From: Candidatus Sediminicultor quartus
GTDB taxonomy: Bacteria > Atribacterota > Phoenicimicrobiia > Phoenicimicrobiales > Phoenicimicrobiaceae
Reading direction: 5' to 3'
DNA: 64,000 nt
Assembly (NCBI GenBank): GCA_011056645.1
Contig: DSEL01000184.1
Location: 7,699 to 71,698 of the forward strand
Below, one piece after another: positions 18,080 to 26,647 of the stretch. Each line of letters begins with the position of its first letter. Position 1 is the first letter of the stretch. Position numbers and translations under genes: made by a program. Under the pieces are notes generated by a model. The model was not told the DNA's origin. It was given only the letters and a program-made list of their open reading frames with translations, and did not search any database.

Positions 18080-19180
18080 TTATTTTGCGCAAAACTCTTT
18101 TACCGCCTCGACCATCATCCTATTCTCTTCTGCCGTCCCGATAGTAATTCTAAAGAAACCATCATTATCGTACATTTTAGCTTGCGGTCTCAAAATCATA
18201 CCCTTTTCCTGGGCATAGGCCACTATCGCATCACCGGTTTTTCCGGTTCCTCTGGCATCGAGAAGTATATAATTACCATAAGTGTGGAAAACGACCATGC
18301 CGGGAATAGCGCCGAGCTCTTGCTCGATATACTTGACCTGCTCATTATTAAATTTTACTCGACTTTCTAATGCTTTGGTATCCTCCAAGGCAGCCAAGGC
18401 AGCCCACATCGGTATAGTACCGACATTCCAGGGGATAAGCGTAGCAGAAATCTGGGCTATGACCTCTTTATCTCCCATGGCATAACCAAATCTCAAACCG
18501 GCAAGACCATAAGCCTTTGAAAGGGTTCGGGTGACCAAAACATTCTTGAATTCTGCGATCAGCTTTGTCATCGATTTTTCATAGCCGGCATATTCTACAT
18601 AGGCTTCATCTACAATAAAAGGTATGCCCAGAGCAGCAATTTTCCTAAAGTCCTTTTCATCCATGAAGTTACCGGTCGGATTATTAGGATTAGCAACGAT
18701 AATAGCTTTGGTCTTGGGTGTTACCGCTTTAATAATTGCATCCGCGTCAAAGAGTATTTCATTATTTCGGTAAATCATGGGCACCGATATTAACTTCCCT
18801 CCTATGATAGCACAACGTAATTTATAAATACCAAAACAAGGCGTATGTTGAATTAATTCTTCTCCGGGCTGCAAGAAGCTTCGTAATAGCATATCGTAAA
18901 TCTCACTGGTTCCATTGCCAACCATTACATTCTCCGGACCGGGCAGATTATTTATCTCAGCGATCTTGCTTCGAACTACCATCCCCTGATCAGGATATCG
19001 GTTGGCCATCTTTGCATATTTATTGATGGCCTCTAATACCTTCTCAGAAGGATTATGAGGATTTTCATTAGACATCATCCGGTGTAGCTTCGGTTCCTTC
19101 CAGGCTAATTCGATATGGGGAGAAATATACATCTTAATATCTTTAATCCAGGGCACAAAGTAATCTTCAACTTTCTTCAT
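18080..19180 (-). CDS. class I/II pyridoxal-phosphate aminotransferase (histidinol-phosphate aminotransferase family)
   Basis: MSNENPHNPSEKV... and LSKAYGLAGLRFGYAMG (pyridoxal-phosphate lysine region). Confidence 0.65.
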   Translation of the reverse strand: MKKVEDYFVPWIKDIKMYISPHIELAWKEPKLHRMMSNENPHNPSEKVLEAINKYAKMANRYPDQGMVVRSKIAEINNLPGPENVMVGNGTSEIYDMLLRSFLQPGEELIQHTPCFGIYKLRCAIIGGKLISVPMIYRNNEILFDADAIIKAVTPKTKAIIVANPNNPTGNFMDEKDFRKIAALGIPFIVDEAYVEYAGYEKSMTKLIAEFKNVLVTRTLSKAYGLAGLRFGYAMGDKEVIAQISATLIPWNVGTIPMWAALAALEDTKALESRVKFNNEQVKYIEQELGAIPGMVVFHTYGNYILLDARGTGKTGDAIVAYAQEKGMILRPQAKMYDNDGFFRITIGTAEENRMMVEAVKEFCAK

Positions 19181-19271
19181 TCTAAATACTCCTTTTCATT
19201 TTTAGTTTTATTATATATTCAGGTTTTTCCTGAACAACTTAACAGTTCAATACTATTTCATTTATTTTCTG

Positions 19272-20036
19272 TCAACTTAAGCTATTTACTATTTGGTACT
19301 GTCCGGTCTCAACTTTAAACAGGTACCTGTCACCACGATAAAAAGACTGAAGCACTTCAATACAGATGTTTTGCGAGTTATAGGCTAAACTCTCTAAGAA
19401 AAGACAGGGGGTGTTCGGATTTATTTTCAGCACCCGGGTGATTTCTTTTACCTGATTTACTGCGCGCAGGGTTTGGATGGAGTAATTAAGATCGGCAGCA
19501 AAATGTTTGGTTAAAATTTGGTACATGGAACCTTTTATTTCCATTTCAAGAAGCTCTCCAAAATCCCTGAAGGAATAGAACTGCCTTTCAAATATCAGCG
19601 GAGTTTTATCCGCAATCCTCACCCGATCTATTTGTACCACCTCATCTTCGGGTTTGATATCCAGCTTTCCGGCCAGTTCATCTCCCGCTGTAATCTTCTT
19701 TTTTAGAATAACGTTATCCTCTATCACTATATTATCAAGGTTAAAGTCATCAATAAAACTTGCCATTCTGCCGAACTTATGAATAGGTAACAAGGGAGAT
19801 TTCCTCTTAACAAAGGTACCTACCCCTTTCTGTTTCTCAACAAAACCTTTTTGTACAAGCATTGAAATAGCCTGACGAATGGTGTTTCTATTAAGCTGAA
19901 ATTTCTGAGCCAGATCACCTTCAGAAGGAATTTTGGTATTAATCTGATACCTTTCCTCTTTAATCATGCTCTCAAGCCAATCGGCAACTTGAACATAAAG
20001 AGGTAAGGGGTTAGTCTTATCAAGGATATGCTGCAT
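19272..20036 (-). CDS. GntR/HutC family transcriptional regulator with UTRA effector domain
   Basis: N-terminal winged HTH (LNRNTIRQAISMLVQKGFVEKQKGVGTFV) with a C-terminal UTRA-like region. Confidence 0.75.
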   Translation of the reverse strand: MQHILDKTNPLPLYVQVADWLESMIKEERYQINTKIPSEGDLAQKFQLNRNTIRQAISMLVQKGFVEKQKGVGTFVKRKSPLLPIHKFGRMASFIDDFNLDNIVIEDNVILKKKITAGDELAGKLDIKPEDEVVQIDRVRIADKTPLIFERQFYSFRDFGELLEMEIKGSMYQILTKHFAADLNYSIQTLRAVNQVKEITRVLKINPNTPCLFLESLAYNSQNICIEVLQSFYRGDRYLFKVETGQYQIVNSLS

Positions 20037-20063
20037 AATGTGTTCACCTCTCTATTTTATCTG

Positions 20064-20091
20064 TCTACCTATCTACCTGTCTACCTATCTA
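20064..20091. repeat. tandem 8-bp repeat (TCTACCTR) x3.5
   Basis: tctaccta tctacctg tctaccta tcta, immediately upstream of the gntR start codon (5' leader/promoter region), in the region shared with the TRAP operon 3' end. Confidence 0.6.
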
Positions 20092-20343
20092 TTTAAAGAT
20101 TATAACAAAATTTCTCTTTTGTCAAATAAAAAATGAAGAAAAATTAAAAAAAGATGACCTTCCTTGCTGTCTATCGACTTAAACCTCGAGCAGCTTTTTT
20201 CAAGGCAACGAATAAGGAACCACGATACCGAAAGTATTGATCAAATCTTCTGAAATATAAATTTTATCCCCTTTTATCTTCCGTAAAAGTTATTCAATTA
20301 TTGAGTTAAATCAATGGTTCCCCGTATCATTATTTTCTTTATT

Positions 20344-21666
20344 TTATTTCCCAAAATATAAATTGGGCAAAAATAAAGCTATTTGAGGGAAGACCATTAT
20401 AAGGCCTAAACCAAGAATCATAAGCAGTACAAAAGGTATTACCGAACGGTAGATATCTCCCAGTGTTATCTCTTTGGGAGCCATTGCTCTCATAAGAAAG
20501 AGGTTATATCCAAAGGGAGGCGTCAGGTAAGCTATCTGGCAGGTTATAGTATAGAGAATGCCATACCAAATCGGATTAAAGCCCAGCTTAATTATCAGGG
20601 GAACATAAAGAGGGGCAACAATGATAAGCATGGCTGTATCGTCCAAAAACATCCCCATTAAGAGGTAGGAAAGCTGCATCATGACCATGATTCCCCATCT
20701 ACCGAACCCGTATCTGAGAAATAGCTCTTCTATTGCATGTACAGCGCCAAGACCATCAAAGATAGCACCAAAGGAAAGTGCTGCCAGAATAATCCACATA
20801 AACATGCAACTTACGCTAAGGGTTTCACGCAGTACTTCATTCATTATCTCCCAGGTCAAGCGCCGTTTAATAATAGCGGCAAGAGTAATGACTGTTGCCC
20901 CTACGGCGGCACTCTCGACTAAACTGGTTATCCCCAAGAAGAACAGTCCGGACATCATAAAAATAATTAATATAGGAACTACCCCGGCTTGGAGCAGCCT
21001 TACTTTCTCTATGAAAGGAATATTACGCTCTTCCTTGGATAACGCCGGACCCATCTCCGGCTGAATCAAGCATCTGATAAAAATATAGATGATAAACAAG
21101 CCTGCCAGCAAGAAGCCCGGTAAAAAACCGGCCATCCAAAGCTGTCCGACCGGCTGCCTGGCGATCATTCCGTAAAGAACCAGGACAACACTGGGCGGTA
21201 TCATGATACCTAATGAACTCCCCGCCTGAATTACACCGGTTATCATTTGTTTGTCATATTTTCGTTTGAGCATTTCCGGTAAAGCGATAGTACTTCCAAC
21301 CGCCATACCTGCTACACTTAATCCGTTGATAGCAGATATTATGGACATTAAGAGAATGGTTCCGATAGCTAAACCTCCTCTGACCGGCCCCATCCAGACA
21401 TGTATCATTTCGTATAGATCATCCGCTATCCCTGATTTAGAAAACATATACCCGATGTAGATGAATATAGGAAGAGTTAGGAGGGGATACCAAACCAACA
21501 GCTGAAAGCTTGCATGGTAAGACATCCCTACACCGCCCTTCCCCCACAGGAGAAGAGAAAAAATAGCGGAAACACCACCGATAACGGCAAAGATATGCCG
21601 CCCGGTAAGAAGCATAACAATCATCGAAGCAAACATAAGAATAGCCATAATCGCGAAATTACTCAT
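20344..21666 (-). CDS. dctM: TRAP transporter large permease (DctM family)
   Basis: 440-aa polytopic membrane protein with typical DctM length and composition. Overlaps dctQ by 8 nt. Confidence 0.8.
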   Translation of the reverse strand: MSNFAIMAILMFASMIVMLLTGRHIFAVIGGVSAIFSLLLWGKGGVGMSYHASFQLLVWYPLLTLPIFIYIGYMFSKSGIADDLYEMIHVWMGPVRGGLAIGTILLMSIISAINGLSVAGMAVGSTIALPEMLKRKYDKQMITGVIQAGSSLGIMIPPSVVLVLYGMIARQPVGQLWMAGFLPGFLLAGLFIIYIFIRCLIQPEMGPALSKEERNIPFIEKVRLLQAGVVPILIIFMMSGLFFLGITSLVESAAVGATVITLAAIIKRRLTWEIMNEVLRETLSVSCMFMWIILAALSFGAIFDGLGAVHAIEELFLRYGFGRWGIMVMMQLSYLLMGMFLDDTAMLIIVAPLYVPLIIKLGFNPIWYGILYTITCQIAYLTPPFGYNLFLMRAMAPKEITLGDIYRSVIPFVLLMILGLGLIMVFPQIALFLPNLYFGK

Positions 21667-22174
21667 ATATATTCTCCCCTCTCAGCACTGCCAGATCTTT
21701 GATAAATTCGGCTATTAATTGTAAAAGCATCATAACGATCCCTATCTGCATAATAATCTTGATGGGAGCTACCTGGGGTGCCCATGCAGAATAAGTCACC
21801 TGTTTATATTTAAGGGCATATTGAATACCCTGCCATCCACCGTAGGTAAGTACCACAAGGTATAGAAGAGCGATAAAAAAGGTAATTACATCGGCAAGAG
21901 CTTTTTTCTTCACCGACCAATTATTATATAAAAGGTCCATTCTAACATGGCTCCCGATAAGCAAAGAATATCCGCCTCCAAGTAAATAATAGCCCGCCAT
22001 AATAAACTGTGCGCTCTCCACTGACCAGATATGCGGCTGGTTAAAAAGGGTCCTAGACACAGTTTCATAAAGCAAAATGGCTATCATTCCAAAAATTAAA
22101 AACTTCACAACCCCACCTACTGCCCGGCTGGTTGCGTCCATGTAACGGACGTAGATTTTTACCGTTTTATTCAT
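21659..22174 (-). CDS. dctQ: TRAP transporter small permease (DctQ family)
   Basis: 171 aa, 4 TM, immediately upstream of dctM. Confidence 0.65.
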   Translation of the reverse strand: MNKTVKIYVRYMDATSRAVGGVVKFLIFGMIAILLYETVSRTLFNQPHIWSVESAQFIMAGYYLLGGGYSLLIGSHVRMDLLYNNWSVKKKALADVITFFIALLYLVVLTYGGWQGIQYALKYKQVTYSAWAPQVAPIKIIMQIGIVMMLLQLIAEFIKDLAVLRGENIYE

Positions 22175-22205
22175 TATAATTTCTCCTATCTTTCAAGCAA
22201 ATTTT

Positions 22206-22273
22206 TAGAGGTTTCCCTTTCCTAACTTCCCCCTAGTCTTGACATAGAGCCAGATATAAAAGGGAAACCTCTA
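22206..22273 (-). promoter_or_regulatory. long stem-loop (15-bp perfect stem, 38-nt loop) between dctP and dctQ
   Basis: TAGAGGTTTCCCTTT ... AAAGGGAAACCTCTA, in the dctP-dctQ intergenic region. Confidence 0.5.
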
Positions 22274-22308
22274 TATTAATCTAAATTATAACAATATTAC
22301 CCAATTAA

Positions 22309-23325
22309 TTAGTATCGGTAGGGAGCACCGGCTGCTTTCATGGTCTTTTCGTATTCTTTAAGTATCTCTACCACTTTGGCACATCTGGGGCTTCTTTTAG
22401 CAACCTCGTCCCAGTATTTTAAGGCTGCCTCTTCCACTACTTTCCACTCCTCTTCGGGGATGGTAGTAAGCTGCATCTTTTTCCCCTGTGTTCGGTAACG
22501 AGCTTCGCCAGCCCAGTACCAATGTAGTCGATAGTAATGGGATTTGTCTATTGCCAGCAGGAACAATTGCTGCAGGTGAGGAGGCACTTTCTCCCAGGCT
22601 TCGGTATTAACAAACCAACCGCCTGACCAGCCTCCGGATATAGGATTGGTCAGATAATAATCGCAAACATCAGCCCATCCCACGGTATAATCCTCGGTGA
22701 TACCGGACCAACAAACTCCGTCTAACATACCCGTTTGAATGGCCATTTCAACGTCCTCATAGGGCATAACCGTTGGGACAACACCGAATTGTGTCATGAA
22801 ATCGCCCCCGGTGGGGAACATGTACATTCTCAGTCCCTTAAGATCTTCCATGTGACGGATGGGTCTGGTAGTTGCAAAATTGCAGGGATCCCAGCTCCCC
22901 TGGCTTAACCAGGTGACACCTTCTATCTCATCATAGGCTTCCTTCCAAATTTCGTTCAGCCCCCACCAATTCCACAGCGCATTAACATCTATTCCGTATC
23001 GTACAGCCATAGGGAAATAAGCGGCAAATACAGATACGTCTACAGGAGCAGCCATGGAGTCATCGTCACTAACCACTGCATCAACCGTTCCTTCCTGTAA
23101 TGCTCGGAATAGCTCACCATGAGGCACCAGCTGATCAGCGGTGTATACTTCGATGAACATCTCTCCGTTGGCAGCTTTATTAAACTCATCTATGGCATTT
23201 TTACAGACATGTTCATTCAGGGCAGGGCCGGCGTAGGATTGAAGTCTCCACCTGATGGTTTCGGCAGCTACTGAAGTACTTAAAATAATAAGCAATAAAA
23301 GTGTAACAAAAATTATTTTTTTCAT
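22309..23325 (-). CDS. dctP: TRAP transporter substrate-binding protein (DctP family)
   Basis: Signal peptide plus a DctP-type fold. Visibly more GC-rich than its neighbours. The ATG at 23325 is preferred over the GTG at 23331. Confidence 0.7.
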   Translation of the reverse strand: MKKIIFVTLLLLIILSTSVAAETIRWRLQSYAGPALNEHVCKNAIDEFNKAANGEMFIEVYTADQLVPHGELFRALQEGTVDAVVSDDDSMAAPVDVSVFAAYFPMAVRYGIDVNALWNWWGLNEIWKEAYDEIEGVTWLSQGSWDPCNFATTRPIRHMEDLKGLRMYMFPTGGDFMTQFGVVPTVMPYEDVEMAIQTGMLDGVCWSGITEDYTVGWADVCDYYLTNPISGGWSGGWFVNTEAWEKVPPHLQQLFLLAIDKSHYYRLHWYWAGEARYRTQGKKMQLTTIPEEEWKVVEEAALKYWDEVAKRSPRCAKVVEILKEYEKTMKAAGAPYRY

Positions 23326-23737
23326 TTTCACTCTCTAAGGCATATTAAAACAGAGAGGAGTAAAAGAAGTAATAAATAATAGTAGTAGTGATCTTCTCTT
23401 TCTTTGTCTCTTTCTTCGTTACTATCCGCAGAAAATTATGGATAACCTACCGGATAGAAAAGAAAACTCTCTATCTACTATACCTTGGTTACCCTCCTTT
23501 TAGATTTTTTGGTTCTTTGATAATTTCCTGAAATTAGATCACATTAGACAAATAAGCAAATTTTGCAGGTCTGTACAGGTTCAAAAAACATTTCAAGCTA
23601 AAAATCTACCCTTTTCTCTTATATTTCCAGATACATCACCTCCTTAAAAGACCTTTTTTAGCTAACTATTCTATATAATGATAATGTCCGCTCAAAAAAA
23701 TGTCAAGATTTTTTATAGATTTTTATATCCTATCATT

Positions 23738-25078
23738 TCAAAAACTTGTTTTACTGGAAAAAGTGAAATGGGTGGTTCGAAGATAGGGGGCTACCACCGG
23801 ACCGACAAATCCTGGCTTGGTCTGTCTTTCTTGAGAGATCATATCCACTGCCTTTAACATATCTATTACGCTGGTGTTAAATCTCATATTTTTAATGGCC
23901 TTTACCATCCTTCCCTCTTCTATCAGAAAAGTCCCGTCCCTGGTCATTCCGGTTAATTGAACACTCATCGGGTTGACTATATTGACATAATGAAAACGTG
24001 AAATATAAATTCCTTTTTTAGTAGAGGATATTATCTCTTCGAGAGAATTGCTCCCTTCCTGCATCACCAGGTTAAAAGGGAGGGCTCCGAAAGAAGCCTG
24101 CTCCGGTGATAAAGTATTCCCGGTACATTTTTTATTATATTTCAAGGCAGTCAGGTGATCATAAACACCATCTTTTACTACCCCGTTTTGAATAAGGGCA
24201 GTCTTTTCCCGGGGATATCCCACCAGATCAAAGGGAATAGGCAAGGTCAATTCATCAAAAGGATCATCAGAAACCGTTATCATTTCCGGAAAGATCTTCT
24301 TGCCTTGATTATGGTCCACGAAACTCTTACCCTCCATAATCGTTTTACCGTTAAAAGCAGTATAACCGGTATAGTTTAAAATTTCTGCAAGGGCTTCCGG
24401 AGATAGAATAACCGTATAGATTCCCGGGTCAATCTCGATCTGTTCGTCATTTTTTAAGGCAGCGGCTAATAATTCATCGATGTTTTTATTTAAGTTAAAA
24501 TGATTAATATCGCTATCGATAAAGGCGATGTGGGCAGTGGAATTATCTCGAGTAATAACACAATTGAAATCTACTTTAGTTCCCCGGTCAAAAGCAAAAA
24601 CTCCTTCCGAGTTGGCTACTAAAAGAGTCGATTCTTCTGTTTTAAAGGCTCCCGCCGCACTATATTCTTTTTTATTTACCTCTTTTATCAATTGGCTTAT
24701 CCATTGGGCTCGATTTAAAGGGGTAAAATCGGCTGTATCTTTAGAATATTTGCTTTTTATTTTGTACGACTGGGGTTTTAATAATTGATAATGATAATCC
24801 AGTTTAGGGGTGATCTTGGTTGCTTCCATTGCTTTTTCTATATTTTTTGCCATGGTGTGGTGGTCCATACTGTTCATTTCGACCGTACTGATCCTATCAT
24901 CATTTATTATCTTTACAATCAAACTTAGATTGGTTTCCGCCACATTTTGGTGGATGTAAGATTCGGCAAATCGGGTCAGTTCACTTTTCACTTCTGAGGC
25001 AATTATTTCGAATCCGGTATTTTGTATTAAGCTTTTTATCTTATGAGTAAGCTCTTTCGCTGAATTTATATCTTTCAT
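23738..25078 (-). CDS. pmbA: PmbA/TldE-family metalloprotease partner
   Basis: TldD/PmbA fold. The start ATG at 25078 overlaps the tldD TGA stop (ATGA). The longer ORF reaching 25192 is out of context. Confidence 0.7.
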   Translation of the reverse strand: MKDINSAKELTHKIKSLIQNTGFEIIASEVKSELTRFAESYIHQNVAETNLSLIVKIINDDRISTVEMNSMDHHTMAKNIEKAMEATKITPKLDYHYQLLKPQSYKIKSKYSKDTADFTPLNRAQWISQLIKEVNKKEYSAAGAFKTEESTLLVANSEGVFAFDRGTKVDFNCVITRDNSTAHIAFIDSDINHFNLNKNIDELLAAALKNDEQIEIDPGIYTVILSPEALAEILNYTGYTAFNGKTIMEGKSFVDHNQGKKIFPEMITVSDDPFDELTLPIPFDLVGYPREKTALIQNGVVKDGVYDHLTALKYNKKCTGNTLSPEQASFGALPFNLVMQEGSNSLEEIISSTKKGIYISRFHYVNIVNPMSVQLTGMTRDGTFLIEEGRMVKAIKNMRFNTSVIDMLKAVDMISQERQTKPGFVGPVVAPYLRTTHFTFSSKTSF

Positions 25079-26511
25079 TTGGAAGCACCTACCTTTACCT
25101 TTCTGAATCTTGCCGGGGAGGTGCCGTGTGCTACATGCATTTCCTGATCCGGTTGTCCTTTGCCACAATTTGGCAATCCCCAGACCTGCCAATATTTTTC
25201 AGAGCTTATCCCATCGCAAGATTTCCAAAACTCCGGTGTTATTCCTTGATAGACCGCGTTTTTATAAATTTTTCCTAATTTCCCATTTTTTATTTCTCGG
25301 GCAATCTCGGTACCAAATTGGAAGTTTATCCTTTTATCATCAATACTCCAACTCCTATTATAATCTAAATATAAACCTTCTTTGATGTCTCCGATAAGCT
25401 CGTCCAGCTCTAAATTTCCTGCTAATAGATTGATATTGGTCATCCTGACCAGGGGAATTCTATTCCAATTTTCTGCCCGGGCTGCACCATTACTCTTTAA
25501 TCCTAATTGGCCGGCATCTTCTCTGGACATCAGATAACCCACAAATTTTCCTTTGTCTACCAGGTAACTTTTAGAGGCAGGGACCCCTTCATCATCATAA
25601 GCGAAAGTCCCTAATCCACCCGGAACCGTTGCATCAGCCACGATGCTCACCTCCGGACTTCCATAGCTAAAATTATTTAATTTATCCAGAGTTAAGAAAC
25701 TCCCTCCGGCGTAGCTAATTTCTTTTCCCAATACCCGGTCTAATTCTACTGGGTGTCCACAGGATTCATGGACCTGAAGCGCAAGTTGAGACCCTCCCAA
25801 TACAATATCCCTTATCCCTTCCGGAGCAGGGGGAGCAGTTAATAACTGATTGGCTTCCTCGCTTATCCTTTCGGCGTGGTCTAATAAATTCATCTCTTCG
25901 ATAAATTCATATCCCCGTGTAGCATGATCCCCTTCAAAACTGGAAGGATAAGAACGTTTTTGGAAATCTTCGTAACCGATAGCATAAGCAGCGATTCCGC
26001 CGCCTGATTCCAAGATAGTCTGTTCTATTTCCGAGCCTTCACTGGATAAAAATATTTTATGCGTCTTGTAAAAATTGAATGAACCCTCGCTTCTCTTTAC
26101 TTTATCTTTTAGCATCATCCTGGTAGCCTTTACCAAAAGGTCTATCTTTTCTGCGGGATTTACGCCAAAGGGATCTTTGATGATCGGTGTAACATAAACA
26201 TCGATGTATTTATCTACGGGGGCAAGTCTGATTGCTTCTTTTTTAGTTAGAGCAGAGGCTCGGGCAATATCCAATGCCTTGGCAGCTGTTTTCTGCAAAG
26301 ACGCCAGACCTAAATCATGGGAAGCCGCGAATCCCCAGGCACCGTCCGCCAATACCCGTATCCCTACTCCTCTATCGGTAGAGACATTATAGGAAGAGAG
26401 GATGCCATTTTCTACTTTAATAGACTCCTTTTCGGTCTGAACAAACCTTAGATCAGCATAGCTTATCTTCGGTTCCAACCAATTTAGAATATTTTTTAGT
26501 ACTTCTTTCAT
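25075..26511 (-). CDS. tldD: TldD-family zinc metalloprotease
   Basis: HESCGHPVELD (HExxxH) and the conserved TldD N-terminus (DLRFVQTEKESIKVENG). Confidence 0.8.
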   Translation of the reverse strand: MKEVLKNILNWLEPKISYADLRFVQTEKESIKVENGILSSYNVSTDRGVGIRVLADGAWGFAASHDLGLASLQKTAAKALDIARASALTKKEAIRLAPVDKYIDVYVTPIIKDPFGVNPAEKIDLLVKATRMMLKDKVKRSEGSFNFYKTHKIFLSSEGSEIEQTILESGGGIAAYAIGYEDFQKRSYPSSFEGDHATRGYEFIEEMNLLDHAERISEEANQLLTAPPAPEGIRDIVLGGSQLALQVHESCGHPVELDRVLGKEISYAGGSFLTLDKLNNFSYGSPEVSIVADATVPGGLGTFAYDDEGVPASKSYLVDKGKFVGYLMSREDAGQLGLKSNGAARAENWNRIPLVRMTNINLLAGNLELDELIGDIKEGLYLDYNRSWSIDDKRINFQFGTEIAREIKNGKLGKIYKNAVYQGITPEFWKSCDGISSEKYWQVWGLPNCGKGQPDQEMHVAHGTSPARFRKVKVGASK

Positions 26512-26575
26512 CGTTTCTTAATCACCACCTATTTATTACCTGTATTATAATATATCTTCTACTCACTTATATATT

Positions 26576-26610
26576 AAAGAGCCTTTCTTCTTTAGAAAGG
26601 CTCTTTTTCT
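26576..26610 (-). terminator. rho-independent terminator downstream of the DAK2/FakA-like gene (hairpin usable on both strands)
   Basis: AAAGAGCCTTTC-ttcttta-GAAAGGCTCTTT, flanked by T-runs. Confidence 0.55.
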
Positions 26611-26647
26611 GTAAAAACGATAGAGGACAAATACCTTTTATCACTTT

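Noticed and set aside
20316-20329. Possible degenerate REP half-site (ggttccccgtatca) downstream of dctM
   Set aside because: Only the 3' arm resembles the REP and it has an indel. The matching TGATACAG arm is absent. This is too weak to call a copy.
22238-22260. TTGACA followed by TATAAA inside the dctP-dctQ hairpin loop, a promoter-like pair
   Set aside because: It is on the non-coding strand with a 12-nt spacer, far from the 17 nt required. It is probably fortuitous in AT-rich DNA.
23332-23737. Candidate TldD/E substrate peptide gene in the 400-bp tail after pmbA
   Set aside because: Manual six-frame reading gave only ORFs of 20 codons or fewer without RBSs. This cannot be excluded without small-ORF tools, so it is recorded as a low-interest finding and not as a feature.
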